Below the pieces are notes generated by a model. It saw only the letters and a program-made list of their open reading frames with translations. It did no database searches and was not told where the DNA came from. Of a stretch of 64,000 nt of DNA, positions 13,480 through 27,052 are shown piece by piece. The DNA is from Squalus acanthias. Lineage: Eukaryota. Both the position numbers and the translations under genes were made by a program. The stretch is from positions 133,984,001 through 134,048,000 of the forward strand of contig CM059432.1 of assembly GCA_030390025.1 (NCBI GenBank), given 5' to 3'. Every line of letters starts with the position of its first letter. The first letter of the stretch is position 1.

Positions 13480-13860
13480 GTATAAATACATCATAACAGT
13501 GCAAGGAGTGAGAGTCACTGTGTATAAAATAATATAACAGAGACTGAATCTAATACAATAAGTGAAATACTTACTGTTAGTAAAACAATAACACATCAGA
13601 GACAATAATAATATAATACAATGTTATAACGCAGAGTGAAATGCAGTGTAGTGAACATACCAGAGATTGAAAGTGAATAATTACAGTCAAGGAATATAAT
13701 ATTAACAGAGACTGAATGAAATAACCATACATTATAATATAGCGGAGAGTGTTTGCAATACAGTAACACTAATCTATGTTGCATAATACAATTATACACT
13801 GTGATAGACAGTGTCATATAATAAGAGTGACGTATAATATAAATAATAACCATATAATGT
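13480..13860. repeat. Degenerate AT-rich tandem-like array
   Basis: Recurrent ataatata..acagagactgaat / gcagagtg units. Confidence 0.45.
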
Positions 13861-13896
13861 TTTTGCAATAGTTTGCAATCTTTTTTTAAATATATG

Positions 13897-14290
13897 GCTC
13901 CCTCGGTGCCTCACCTGGTTAAGGCAGTGAGTAGCCGAGTATACAAACCAGAAATGCCCAGCATTGATCAGTGTTGTTTCTGAGTAAACTGAACTCACCC
14001 GGGGTGGCTACAATTGACTGCAGCACCCCTGGCTTAAGGACAAGTTAACTGGCAAGAGTTCCCACTCTGGATCACTTTCCATCAACTGCCACTGAGAATG
14101 TGCGTGTGTGGCCATCAGTTGAGGACAGAATTGGGCTCGACGATGGTGCTCCTGCAGTCGAATAGCCTCCTGACAATCACTGTCTAGGATCACACACGGA
14201 AATGAATGACCACGTGGGCAAGGAACCCGAGGGTGACTGGTACCTGTGGACTGCACTCCTGCGTGGTTTAAAATTCAGGAGAGGGGGGGA
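13897..14290 (+). mobile_element. Older tRNA-derived SINE family; further copies near 1-265, 3995-4305, 5306-5635, 8645-9870, 18585-18890, 20120-20660, 27050-27365, 47962-48520, 55560-55830, 58260-58560
   Basis: Recurrent motifs gctgagttagctgatctcag, tatccagtgac, gtgaggacaggat, aatagcctgc, atgaagaatggccacttggg; tRNA-like head. Confidence 0.7.
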
Positions 14291-14863
14291 TAAAAAAGAT
14301 ACATCAGATATAAAACTCTGTTCATATTTGAAAACCAAGGTCAGAAAAATGGGTGCAGGTACGAGATAATAAAGTCTCCCTGATGGACTGTCAAATCTCC
14401 CTGAAAACATAACGGTTGTTCTGACACTGCGAGGAGCCTTGGCCGCTGTTAGTGCAGATCAGAATTTGCCCACATGTGGATCAGAGAATCTTGCACTGCG
14501 GGGGGCCACAGTGACCAAGATGTGGTTTCGATAGGTGAGGCTCGTCACCGGGAGCGTGAAGTCAGAAAGTTACCCCTCATGCGTTTATGATGATGTTGTC
14601 TTTTAAAATGGGATGGTCTCTTTTCCCATATTAAAGGTTGCTTCACGGTCTAATGTGACTGCAAGTTTATTAGATTACATTTATGAGGGTAAATTTTACA
14701 AATGGGCAGTTGCAAAAATTTCCTGATCTGTTGAGATCCTGTGTTTGTAAAATTTATCCAGTTGTCTATATTTTCGTAGTAAAGGGGGTTTTCCTGTAAA
14801 TATAACATAATTAATTCAGTGCTCTATTTAAAATAAATAGAGTTGGGCTGTAAAATGATAAAA

Positions 14864-17130
14864 GCCCAGATTTTCCTCTGTGATTCCAGGCCGCAGTAAC
14901 TTCAATGGATGCCTCTTGCCTTGCCCGTTGTATATGAATGACAGCAGAACAGCTTGGCTTAGTGCAGGAGCTGATTTTCCTCTCCTATGACCCTGGCCAT
15001 CTCCTAAAGGGCATTGAGGCCTGCTTGCGGTGGGCCAGGGGCGCCTAAGGGCATAACAGACACAGAGCAAGCTGCAGCTAAGTTTCCCCTTTAAGAAGAA
15101 AGCAGTGAAGGCACTTTGTGTGTCATCATACAAAATGCAGTCCAGGTTTCAAAAGGCATTCTTTATTGGGGCTGAGAACATGTACTGGCAATGAAATACC
15201 TATCACGTGAGTCTTCCACCACTTCCCTACATGTTCTGCTGTGGTTAAAGAAACACTTGCAGGAGAAGAAATTAAAATTATTAAATGAGCTAGCATCTAC
15301 TGCTTCCTGTGGGAGAGACTTCCACACTTCTACCATCCTTTGCATGACGAAGTGTTTCCTAACTTCTCTCCTGAATGGTCTGGCTCTGATTTTAAGGTTC
15401 TGTCCCCCTTGTCCTAGACTCCCCCCCACCAGTGGAAAAAGTTTCTCTCTATCTACCCTATCAATTCCTTTCAAAATCCTAAAAACCTCAATCAAATCAC
15501 CCCTTAACCTTCTATATTCCAGAGAATACAAGCCTAGTTTATGTAATCTCTCCTCATAATTTAACCCTTGGAGCCCTAGTTACATTCTGGCGAATCTGTG
15601 CTGCACTCCTTCCAAGGCCAGTATATCCTTTCTAAGGTACGGTGCCCAGAACTGTACACAGTACTCCAAATGTGGTCTATCAAGGGCTTTGTATGGCTGC
15701 AGCAAAACTTCCTCCCCTTTATATTCTAGCCCTCTAGTTATAAAGGCTAACATTCCATTAGCCTTTTTGACTATTTTTTGTACCTGGATACTTAATGAAG
15801 GCGCGCCAAGGAAAACTGAGCTAGTTCTCAGCAACTTGAGCACAGACTCAGAGATGGTACTGGTCAGTGTGAGAACAGACCAAATTAAGTCTTGGAAGCC
15901 CTGTGAAACTGTCCTATTCAGGCTCATTCGCAAGGCATCTATTGAGGCATTGTTAGCTGCCATTCCAAAAGCCACTGTGGTCCTTATTACCTCCTCCTGC
16001 CATTTGTTGCTGGACATATCTCCCAGAGTACCATATTTTCCAGAGTGTCCTGCATGACGTGGCTTCTTGCAATGTGTTGTAGATGTGTGTAGCGGACTCC
16101 TCTCACTTCTCCATCATCTCAGCCATATGAGTGGAAACCACATTCAATGCATGCACATGAGATTAATGCTCCCTAATCATTGCTGTTTTGAAGACTGGGC
16201 ACCTGAGATCTGGGTCCTTACGCTCCTCAGCTGAGGGCACATGACTATCCTCCATGGAGGAACTGCTCACTTCCCCTCCTCCACTCCCAGGACCTCATTC
16301 TCACTCGCAGCGTTCAGTTCTTCAGCATGTGAAAACCCTTCTGACTCACAAACTACTTCCACCCAAGTAGGTGTCTCTGGGCTGGTGCTGAAGCACATAA
16401 GATGCCATGATGAAGTTGGCAATGATGGGGCAGGAGTTGTAGACTTGAAGTGTCCGCTGCTCCTCTAATTGTTTTATCTCTTCCTCTATGACTTCCCCAA
16501 GGATGTTAAGAATACAAACCTTCCTTAGCTTTGTCAACAATCACATGGCTCTTTGAAGAAATAATGGCTGAGTCAATGGCCATTTAAATACCTTGATAGT
16601 CCACATGAAGGTGAAACTAACTGTTGTCCCTTGCCCTGTTTATGCCAACCTGCTCCTGGCACTGCACCTCCTACTTTCCCACCTCCCACTGCCTCTCCTC
16701 TGGACCTTCCAAAGAACGGCAAAGCTTCCTCCCCGTGCACACCCAACCGTTGGAAAATGGGTGTTCCATCCCCAGTTGCATTTCTTTTGTCTCTAGTTCT
16801 GTGCAACCTTTTCTCTTCTCAAGGAGAGAGCGCAACAATGAAGGAATCTGAGTGGCAAATGCACTTTCTTCGCCCAGGTGTCTACATCCACCCCATGATT
16901 ATAATGCTTGCGGGTGCGGGCTCGTTTTAAACACCTTTCCTTCAAGACTCACACAACCCCTTGTGGCAATGTGAGTTCACACGATGGTTGTGAGTTAACA
17001 CGCTGCATTGTCGTAGCACCTGTGAATAGGTCATTTATCCTGTCACTTAGGTAATGGCACGAAAGGTAAGGAAATGAGTCATGTCTCTGTCATCCCTTTG
17101 GATTTTGGCAAGTGGGAATGTTCCCATTGA
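14864..17130. mobile_element. Old Harbinger fossil containing a CR1 insertion
   Basis: Minus-strand EKVAQN..TGDGTP..L..EEALPFFG (16700-16820) resembles the Harbinger Myb-protein motif EKxAHN..TGGGxP..LT..EE.AL; gcccagattttcc left end; right boundary uncertain. Confidence 0.5.
15270..15787 (-). mobile_element. CR1 3' fragment
   Basis: KANGMLAFITRGLEYK..RPHLEYCVQFWAPYL and RRLRGDLIEVF motifs. Confidence 0.9.
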
Positions 17131-17924
17131 GTGAGAGTGCACAGTCCATGTTGGACACTCTACCAGTGTGGTTTTCTCAGTAGCTTTGGTTTGGAGACTT
17201 CTAAACACGTGTCAGAAACCGGGCTGGCCAAAACAAGAAAATATTGTTCATGGAGCTCGCTTTATAAAGTAACAACACAAACAGTACTTCCAAAATAATT
17301 TTATGTGTCAGTCTTTGAGCAGCCTAGCAGATTTGTTGTTCTCTTTCTCTAACTTTATTACACAATCTCTCACTTATATTTCCAATATCTCTACAACTGT
17401 CAATTCCAAATCTTACTGTCAGTTAAGTTTACTGAAACCAGGTCTAACACAAAGTTCAATACTCGCTTTTTATTTCTATCCCCTTTCCCTGCAAAGGTAG
17501 TTCTGCAAAGGTTATTCATGATTGACCGTTAACAAAACCTTAACAAGCAAAAATATATATATTTTTTAGTTTTTGCCAATTTTCCTTCACTTATTTTTGA
17601 AAAGGAGCATTACTAAGGAAAAGGAGCAGCACTATACACAGGTGAATGTCTCATTTGCATTTTCTACCAATATTAAACCTTAGTTTATGCATGTCTACTT
17701 TTCTGTAATAATTGTTGAACAGGGGAAAATATGGCCCTTTGTTTGTGAGAGCATTTTCTCCACGGCAGGGTCCTGCTTAATCTAACCCAGTGGGGACATT
17801 TCCCTGACTCATGAACTTTACCATCACTGTCAATGTGGGTCTCTGATCAGAAGTGATAGGAGGTGTGGGTCGAATGGGATAAACTGGTCAACTTTTGTGC
17901 CCACTTCTATCACGCTCTATTATG

Positions 17925-18341
17925 TGTCATCTGTGGCTCAGTTGGTAGCACCCTTGCCTCTGAGTCAGAAGGTTGTGGGTTCAAATCCCACTCCAGAGGC
18001 TTAAGCACAAAAATCTAGGTTGACAACTCTAGTGCAGTACTGAGGGAGTGCTGCACTGTCGGAGGTGCCGTCTTTTGGATGAGACGTTAAATCAAGGCCC
18101 TGTCTGCTCGCTCAGGTGGACGTAAAAGATCGAATGGCACTATATCGAAGAAGAGCAGGGGAGTTATCCCTGGTGTCCTGGCCAATATTTATCCCTCAAT
18201 TTATCCCTAAAAAACAGATTATCTGGTCATTATCACATTGATATTTGTGGGAGCTTGCTGTGTGCAAACTGGCTGGCGTGTTTCCTACATTACAACAGAG
18301 CCTACACTTGAAAAATGTCTTCATTTGCTGCAAAGTGCTTT
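17925..18341 (+). mobile_element. DeuSINE
   Basis: A and B boxes plus Deu core. Confidence 0.9.
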
Positions 18342-19049
18342 AGCAAAAGAAAATCCAGCTTATGTTTGGCTTATGTTTAACCACTTTTTTTTAATGATCT
18401 GCCAACTCTAGTTGATGGAGCAACATTTTTGGCAGCACATAGGCCCTTATTCTACTCAGAATAAAGGTTCAGCTCATTTTGAGACTTATTCAACCTCAAT
18501 AAGGTAAACAATTATAAAGAAAATGTATCTATTTCCCCATTGGGATGGATTCTGAATTACAATTCTAAAACAGAGACCTTTCGAATCACTCAGGTTAAGG
18601 CAGTGAGCAGTTGAACTATACAAACAGGGATGATAGAATTAGTGTCAATGCCCTTGGTTAAGTAAGGCCACGACTGGAAGTGTGTGTATATGTGAGCGTT
18701 GGGTTCTAACAGAATACAATTTAACTGTCATTTTCCCTCGATTGATTATTCTGCTAACGTTCCATGTTTAAACTCATAAATGAAGAATGGCCACATCAGT
18801 GAGGTGTTGGACGGTGCACAGGGTCCTTGAACACATACCCTAGAAAGTAACAAATGCCTTCAGGAGAGGAGGGGGGAAGAAAGAAAATTAGCTGAAAAAG
18901 GAAAAATAAAAGGAACTCTAAAACATTTTCCATTTTGGTTATTTTGGGTTCTTTTGTGAAGTAACAATTTTGATCCAATTCTAATTGTGTTGAGATCAGT
19001 ATGCCTCTAAATATATATATATATATATATAATGAGTGTAAGATAATTA

Positions 19050-19432
19050 ATCTCTGTTTAATATAATGCCTTTAACATCGTAAAACGTTCCATGGTGCTT
19101 CACAGGAGCATTATCAGACAAAATTTGACACCGAGCCACATAAGGAGATATTAGGACAGGTGACCAAAAGCTTGGTCATGGAGGTAGGTTTTAAGGAGCG
19201 TCTTAAAGGAGGAGGGGTGCAGCGGTGGAGAGGTTAAGGGAGGGAATTCCAGAGCTTAGGGCCTAGGCAGCTGAAGGCACGGCCACCAAGGGTGGGGCGA
19301 TTAAAATCGGGGATGCACAAGAAGCCAGAATTGGAGGAGCGCAGACATGTCGGAGGATTGTAGGGCTGGAGGAGGTTACAGAGATAGGGAGGAGTGAAGC
19401 CATGGAGGGATATGAACATAAGGATGAGAATT
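19050..19432 (-). mobile_element. L2 3' fragment
   Basis: PPYLCNLLQPYNP..LRSS..GGRAFS..GPKLWNSLP. Confidence 0.88.
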
Positions 19433-21224
19433 TTTAAAACTCCACCTAGTTAAGTCCTAAAATGACAATAAGTGTCATGTGGATGTCATATGATGCTGAT
19501 TTGCATACTAGAAGGGCCCAAAGCCTGATAAAGACGAGCGCTTCCCCACCCAGCAGTAGGTTCCTATGAAGATGGTGGAAGCTGAGCGCTGACAAAAAGG
19601 GTCAGCTATTTTCAGGCCGCTGGCCCCCCATTCACTCTGCATGGCTCAAGTTAAAATCTAACCCACACCAATTAATTTACACAAAGCAAGGTCCCACAGA
19701 CAGCAACTACCAGATAATCTGCTTTTTACGTGGTGTTGATTTCAATAAACTTCCTTATGATAGAAATGATGGTGTGTTCCCTAGTGGTTTCATGGTTGGT
19801 TTTTAACAGTCTAGTGAAGGAAGGGTTGTATGTCCATATTAAATATGAATTAGTTTGTGAATATGCCTCTAATTCCTGGTTGTCCAATGTTTTAAGGCCT
19901 GGAGCTACAGTTCTAGATTTCCTATTCACACAATAATGTGATCAATTTGATTGGAGTGAATGAAGGGAATCTTCCATGACCACGCACTAAAGTTATGATC
20001 TAAAAGTGATCTCAAGCAAGCAACCTCACAAACAGGGCCTCTTTTGAAAATCAAAAAGTTACAAAAGATCTAACATTGCTTTCTTTTGTCGCATCCATTT
20101 GCGCCATTTAGTCTTCCAATTTCCCCAACAATTATCTTCTCCTCCCTTTACTTGCATTCATCTAAGGGGACTTCTGCTGGGTATGTCAGCACCCTATGCT
20201 ACTTCACCCCGTGGCCATCCTTTATGTGTGAGTCTAGTCGTTTTTCAAATGTGATGGCAGGCTATTCAAGGTACACCATGACAACTGAGCTTGATCCTGT
20301 CTTCAGCCAATGTCCACATGGGGCACTGGTTAGTAATCAGGATTAGAAACCCTGGTTGTTCCTCTCGAGCCTGGGATGCTGCCCTTGGGTGTAGTGCCTC
20401 TACCAACACCCTGGCTAAGATCAGCTAACTCAGCACAGAGCTAGTTCACCGGGCGGTGCGGACCCACAGGCACCCATGGATTCCCATTGTCTCCCAGTGA
20501 CCCTTGATGAAAAATGCACTGATGCGGATGTTGAGTGAGGAGACAATCGAGCTCCCACATGAAGAATGGCACTTGGGCAAGGTACTGGAGGGTTTCTGGT
20601 CCTTGTAGAACTGTACTCCAGCAATCTTCAGGAAAGGAGACAAGAGACAAGGAGAGAAAATATATTAAAAATAATGCTGCTTCTTAAAAAAATCTAAGCT
20701 ATATATTAATTTTTTACAATAATTGATGTGCATGTATACTACCTTATTAAAATGAGGATTGGCAGGACAATTAAAGATTAAGGCTGAAGGTTAAGTCCAT
20801 CAGTCACCGACCATAACTCAGTTTGACAAGACAGATACTGCTATCAAATCACATTTTTGAAGTTTTTTCATATTTTTAATTTGCTTATTAATTACTTGCG
20901 GAGTGCTTGTGCAGCTCTCTTGCATACCCCCCACCCAGCGCCTGTGGTTAAGTCCAGTGTGACGTCACAATATTGACACAATATGGCATCATTGTGGTAT
21001 GGTCATAACAAACACAATTGTGCAGCTTGTGGATATTTTTCAGCCATTCAACATTCAGTATGAAATAAACCATGATGGAATTTCAGGCATTAAAGCAACA
21101 ATTACTCCCGATGACTTAGCTGATAAAGACAGTGAGCAACTAAGTCATACAGACCAGGAGGTTCATGGTTCATTCACAGTTTGTGGTGTGTTGGCTGCAC
21201 TATGGCAGATTTAAAAAAAAAAAA

Positions 21225-21692
21225 TTTTATGGGATGTGGGCATCGCTGGCAAGGCCAGCATTTATTGCCCATCCCTAGTTGCCCTTGAGAAGGTGGTGGT
21301 GAGTCACCTTCTTGAACCGCTGCAGTCCGTGTGGTGAAGGTACTCCCACAGTGCTGTTAGGGAGGGAGTTCCAGGATTTTGACCCAGCGACGATGAAGGA
21401 TCGACGATATACTTCTAAGTCAGGATGGTGTGTGACTTGGAGGGGAACTTGGAGGTGGTGGTGTTCCCATGCGCCTGCTGCTCTTGTCCTTCTAGGTGGT
21501 AGAGGTCGCGGGTTTGGGAGGTGCTGCCGAAGAAGCCTTGGCGAGTTGCTGCAGTGCATCTTGTAGATGATACACACTGCAGCCACGGTACACCGGTGGT
21601 GGAGGGAGTGAATGTTTAAGGTGGTGGATGGGGTGCCAATCAAGTGGGCTGCTTTGTCCTGGATGGTGTCGAGCTTCTTGAGTGTTGTTGGA
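21225..21692 (-). mobile_element. CR1-group LINE 3' fragment
   Basis: ORF 21275-21643 ..SFIVAGSKSWNSLP..HHHLLKGN. Confidence 0.9.
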
Positions 21693-21964
21693 GATGGCAG
21701 TAGGAGGGGTGCTACAGGTGGCCCAAGGGTCCTACACTAAGCAGAGGCAAATCAGTCTGGTTGCTGTTCTCATTTCTATCCAGGTGATCCCTCCTCGGAA
21801 GTGCTTGTGTACATGGATGCTGTGAGAAGACAGAATAGGGATTGGCTATAATTCCCCTACAATGGAATAATTTGCCAACACGCAAAGTCTAGGCTCGAAC
21901 ATGAAGAGCGAGCACTTGGCAAGATACCAGAAGGCAATCAGCACTTGTAGAACCAAAGCTATGT

Positions 21965-22232
21965 ACTTGTCCCATTACTATCGCCTTTTGTCTTGCATCA
22001 TCATCACTTTTTTCATTTAATCACTCCTGCCTTCCACTCTATCACAGGCCTTCCCTTTTGTCCTTCCTTTCCCCTACCCCTGCCTCTGTACATTTTCCAG
22101 CCCTGACAAAAGGTCATCGACCTGAAACGTTAACTCTGTTTCTGTCTCCACAGATGCTGCCTGACTTACTGAGTATTTCTAGCATTTTCTCTTTTTATTT
22201 CAGATTTCCAGCATCCGCAGTATTTTGCTTTC
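21965..22232 (+). mobile_element. Penelope 3' tail, hammerhead core mutated (CTGACAA)
   Basis: Matches the tail at 26797-27052. Confidence 0.85.
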
Positions 22233-22404
22233 ATCCTAAGTAAGAATCAATGCCTTGCAGAGAACAGGGAAGTAAAGGGGAGAAAATTGACAGAAAAAAT
22301 TATTATGCCTTCGAAATATGATCGCCTGAAAAGTCATTGCAGAAGTAGGATAGCATTATCAAATGGCCCCAGTTATTAAAGGCACATAAAATTTGCAGCA
22401 TGGA

Positions 22405-22765
22405 TTCTGAGGGGGATTGACAAGGTAGAGGTTGTTTGCCCTGGCTGGAGAGTCTAGAAATAAGGGACATAGTCTAAGGATAAGGGGTCGGCCATTTAAG
22501 ACTGAGATGAGGAGGAATTTCTTCACTCAGAGGGTTGTGAATCTTTGGAATTCTCTACCCCAAAGTGCTGTGGATGCTGAATTGTTGAGCATATTCAAGG
22601 CTGAGATCGATAGATTTTTGGACTCTAGGGGAATCAAGGGATATGAAGATCAGGCGGGAAAGTGGAGTTGAGGTCGAAGGTCAGTCATGATCTTATTGAA
22701 TGGCGGAGCAGGCTCGAGGGGCCGTGTGGCCTACTCCTGCTCCTAATTCTTATGTTGTTATGTTC
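22405..22765 (+). mobile_element. CR1 3' fragment
   Basis: GHSLRIRGRPFKTEMRRNFFTQRVVNLWNSLP plus tail. Confidence 0.9.
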
Positions 22766-22947
22766 ACATACCAGTGAATCATCATTTCATCAGGTCAACA
22801 GTGGTAGCCACACAGCAAATTGTTGCCTTTCATTGCCCCTTGAGTAACCCTCCTTTTTACTTCCATGACAGCGATTCATTTGGTCTCATTAATTTTTTTT
22901 TAAAATGTCAGTTTGCAGGTCATTCAACTCATTAACTCCCTTTTTGC

Positions 22948-23310
22948 AATAAAAACAGAAAATGCTGGAAACACTCAGCAGATCAGGCAGCATTTGTGGA
23001 GAGAGAAACAAAGGTAATGGGCGATTTTAACCCTACTCGCTCAGCAGAAACCTGGCAGGGTGGGCAATTAAAATCGCCCTGGTTCTTAACCTGTCCGAAA
23101 GCTGTCATGATCGCAACATCTGCAACTTTAACCTGCTCTCCTGAACAGGCAATAAGGAGACGCACCCGGAGTCAACAGGGTCCTTCTTTACATATGCATG
23201 ATGCGGCCCGATGACATCATTAAAACCCGACTGTAATTTTAACTCAGGCCTGAGCGGGGAATCCACCTGGAGTTAAAATCAGAGCAGGTCAATGACCTTT
23301 TATCAGAAGT
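22948..23310 (-). mobile_element. Penelope tail split by a hairpin-rich MITE (about 23019-23283)
   Basis: Tail halves at 22948-23017 and 23285-23310; MITE has gggcgattttaa..ttaaaatcgccc repeats. Confidence 0.7.
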
Positions 23311-23549
23311 CCCTTTTTATGACTGGTGGATGTGTTATTTCACCCCTCCCTATTTTTTCAACCATACTAAAAATGTTTGCATACCTTTTAGTTTTCAGTT
23401 CTGCTGAAGGGTAAACACTGGAAGCATTGACCAGTCTTTCCTCTTCACAGTTGCTGACTGACCTGCTGTGTATTTCCAGCATTTTCTGATTTTATTCTAA
23501 TAAAATATTGTCCTCAATTACAATGTTATTGTATAAATGTGAACAGTGC

Positions 23550-24110
23550 AAACAACAACAACAACAACTTGTATTTATATAGCGCTTTTAACGTAGTAAA
23601 ACATCCCAAGGCGCTGCACAGGAGTAGTAAAAGTCAACAAATTTGACACTGATCCACATAAGGATAAATTAGGGGAGGTGACCAAAAGCTTGGTCAAAGA
23701 GGTAGGTTTTAAGGAGCGTCTTAAAGGAGGAAAGAGAGGCAGCGAGGCGAAGAGGTTTAGGGAGGGAATTCCAGAGCTTAGGGCCTAGGCAACAGAAGGC
23801 ACGGCCAGCAAAGGTTGAGCGATTATAATCAGGGATGTTCAAGAGGGCAGAATTAGAGGAGCGCAGATATCTCGGGGGGTTGTGGGGCTGGAGGAGATTA
23901 CAGAGATAGGAAGGGGTGAGGCCATGGAGGGATTTGAAAACAAGGATGAGAATTTTGAAATCGAGGCGCTGCTTAACCGGGAGTCAATGTCGGTCAGCCA
24001 GGGGTGATGGGCGAATGGGACTTGGTGCGAGTTAGGACACGGGCAGCCGAGTTTTGGATGACCTCAAGTTTACATAGGGTGGAATGTGGGAGGCCAGCCA
24101 GGAGTGCGTA
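23550..24110 (-). mobile_element. L2 3' fragment
   Basis: High similarity to 2805-3340. Confidence 0.9.
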
Positions 24111-24699
24111 GAAACATTCAATTCTTAGACATACTTGAAACATGAATAGGAACAGGAGTAGGCCCTCGAGCCTGCTCCGCCATTCAGTTAGATCATGGCT
24201 GATCTGTACCTCAACTCCATTTACCCACCTTTGTTCCGCATCCCTTGATACCCTACCTAACTTAAAATAAAAGCATTGAAAAGTGTACAGTTGAAAAGTT
24301 TACAGTGTAGCTGAAAGAGTAAACAGTGAATATAGTAGTACATTGGTGAAGAAACACTTCTATTCAGAACTCAACTGTAGTGTTATTCTTTAAACTTACT
24401 TGGCCTCATCATCATCTCTTCCATCTTCCTTGTAACACGAACATGAAAAAATGTAATTACAGACTTATTTTCAATCTATAAAGATGCAGATGCAAACTAG
24501 CTCCTAGTGTCAGCTGTGATGGAACACAATGAAGGTTCAATGCATCGCTGGAACAAGCGCACTGTGTTTAGAAATCACAATGAAAATGTTTACTTTGTTA
24601 CGTGCTTTACTGGAATCATTGAATGGGTAAAATAATAGAAAAAATGGTGGAAATGTTCAGAAGGTCAATGAACACCTGAAAGTGAAAAGAAAAAAAAAG

Positions 24700-25045
24700 A
24701 AAGACTTGCATTTCTGTAGCGTCTTTCATGACCACCTGACGTCCCAAAGCGCTTTACAGCCAATGAAGTACTTTTGAAGTGTAGTCACTGTTGTAATGTA
24801 GGAAAGGCGGCAGCGAATTTGCACACAGCAAGTTCCTACAAACAGCAATGTGATAATGACCAGATGTTCTGATTTAGTGATGTTGACTGAGGAATAAATA
24901 TTGGCCAAGACACTCCCTTGCTCTTCTGCGAAATAGTGCCATGCGATCTTTTACGTCCACCTGAGAGGGCAGATGGGGCCTCGGTTTAACATCTCATCTG
25001 AAAGACGGCACCTCCGACACTGCAGCACTCCCTCAGCACTCTACT
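24700..25045 (-). mobile_element. DeuSINE
   Basis: Family match, reverse strand. Confidence 0.88.
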
Positions 25046-25049
25046 GTGG

Positions 25050-25745
25050 TTGACACAGCCCTTGACCGTGTCCGTTCAATTTCCCGCACTTCTGCTCTCA
25101 CCCCTTCCCCCTCCCTCCCGGAACCACGATAGGGTTCCCCTTGTCCTCACCTTTCACCCCACCAGCCTCCACATTCAATGGATCATCGTTCGCCATTTCC
25201 GCCACCTCCAGCGTGATCCCACCACCAAACACATCTTCCCCTCACCTCCCCTTTCAGCATTCCGAAGGGACCGCTCCCTCCGCGACACCCTGGTCCACTC
25301 CTCTATCACCCCCAACACCCCTTCCCCTTCGCCCAGCACCTTCCCGTGCAAGCACAGGAGATGCAACACATGCCCTTTTACCTCCTCCCTTCCCACTGTC
25401 CAGGGCCCCAAATACTCCTTCCAGGTGAAACAGCGATCTACTTGTACTTCTTGCAATTTAGTATACTGTATTCGCTGCTCACGATGCGGTCTCCTCTACA
25501 TTGGGAAGACCAAACGCAGATTGGATGACCGCTTTGCGGAATACCTCCGTTCAGTCCGTAAGGGTGACCCCGAGCTTCTGGTCGCCTGTCACTTTAATTC
25601 TCTGCTCCACTCCCACTCAGACCTCACCGCCCTCAGCCTCTTACACTGTTCCAATGAAACTCAACGCAAGCTCGAGGAACAGCACCTCATCTTTTGATTA
25701 GGCACTTTACAGCCTTCTGGACTCAACATAGAGTTCAACAATTTC
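25050..25745 (+). pseudogene. GIY-YIG endonuclease domain of a Penelope-like element
   Basis: VY..YIG motif and CxxxxCxxC linker; premature stop at 25697. Confidence 0.9.
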
Positions 25746-27052
25746 AGACCATAACCCCTGCCCATATCTTTTTATTCCATTTACTTTTTTTTCTCTCTCT
25801 CACATGGCAGCTGTCTTTCATCCTGCATTTACACTTCATCTAGAACCATCTTTTGTTTCTTAACTTGTCCCATTACCATCTCCTTTTGCCTTGCACCATC
25901 ATCCCTTTTGTCTCTTCGGCGGAAAAATTCAGTTGGTTTGCGCCTCCCTTTAGCGCCTTAAGAGGGCGCTAATGGGGCGCAAAGCAACTAGCGCCCGTGC
26001 GCGGCGATGTTTGCGCCTCTCACGAAATTAACTAGACATTTTGCGGCGGCGCTAAACACTGCCGCCACAATCTCTTGCGCCGGTCAATCGTGACGTCAGT
26101 CGAGAGTGCAATGCCCCGGTAGCGCCCCAGAGCGGATATTGAGTGGCGCCCCCTGTCTTACCGCCTGCCGTTAGCAACGACAGGTTGAGGGGAGTGTTTT
26201 GCAGTCTGGAAGGGACTGGGGGAGCACTATTTAAAGGCGACCGCTTCCTGCCTTTTTTTGTCGGTGAAATCTTTGCACCACGCATTCTGAGTGAGAGAGA
26301 GACTGCAGGAAATATTCAAAGCTGTGCTGAGGAGTTTTAGGTACTGAGCAGCACTTTGCAGGTTCTTTCTGGTTTGATCTTCCTTGCATCGATTTAGAAG
26401 AGAATATGGGGGCTGCAGTCTGAGCTCTTTCCCTGGGCTTCTCCATTGTTCTTTCCAGCAGAATTGATGTACAGGTCTCTCCAGCCCGAGATTCAAGGCT
26501 GCAATGAGCAGGATGTGGATGGAGAGCAATATCAACCCTCCCCTTTAAGAACTGGCCGGTGCCATTGTGTCTGTGTTCTTTGCTGACTGACATCACATGA
26601 GCTTCGCCAGCGCTCTGAGGTAGCGCCTCGCTCCTCAGCCTTTGCGCCTTAAGACAGGTGTGTAGCGCCTGATTTAGTGCTCCAATCACCTCCAGGGGCG
26701 ATAAAAGCCAAGTTTGCAGTTGGAGGCGATAATTAGCGCCAGGCGCTAAACTTTGCGCACGGCCGATAATTGCGCCCCAAATGGGGCAATACTGAATTTT
26801 TCCCCCTTAATCTCTCCTGCCTTCCATCCTATCACAGACCTTCCCGTTTGTTCTTTCCTCCCCTTCTGCCTTTCCCTGCCCCTGCACTTGCTTAAAAACC
26901 TGTTCCATCTCCAGCTTTTTCCAGTTCTGACAAAGGGTCATCGACCTGAAACGTTAACTCTGTTTCTCTCTCCACAGATGCTACCTGCTGAGTATTTCCA
27001 GCATTTTCTGTTTTTATTTCAGATTTCCAGCATCTGCAGTATTTTGCTTTTG
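25070..27052 (+). mobile_element. Penelope-like retroelement 3' portion (GIY-YIG endonuclease and 3' tail), split by a Harbinger derivative
   Basis: ORF 25050-25697 has CKHRRCNTC..NLVYCIRCSRCGLLYIGKTKRRL..RFAE..VACHFN and continues LGTLQPSGLN after a stop; the tail resumes at 26797. Confidence 0.92.
25918..26796. mobile_element. PIF/Harbinger non-autonomous derivative
   Basis: TIR ggcggaaaaattcagt / actgaatttttccccc; flanks ttc and tta at a position where other Penelope tails read tta; minus-strand MEKPRERAQ remnant. Confidence 0.85.

Noticed and set aside
13480..13860. CRISPR-like array
   Set aside because: Units are irregular and degenerate, the context is eukaryotic, and there are no cas genes.
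19012..19030. Microsatellites (also poly-G 8026-8043, GA 10136-10151, TA 32412-32430)
   Set aside because: Common simple repeats with no further structure.
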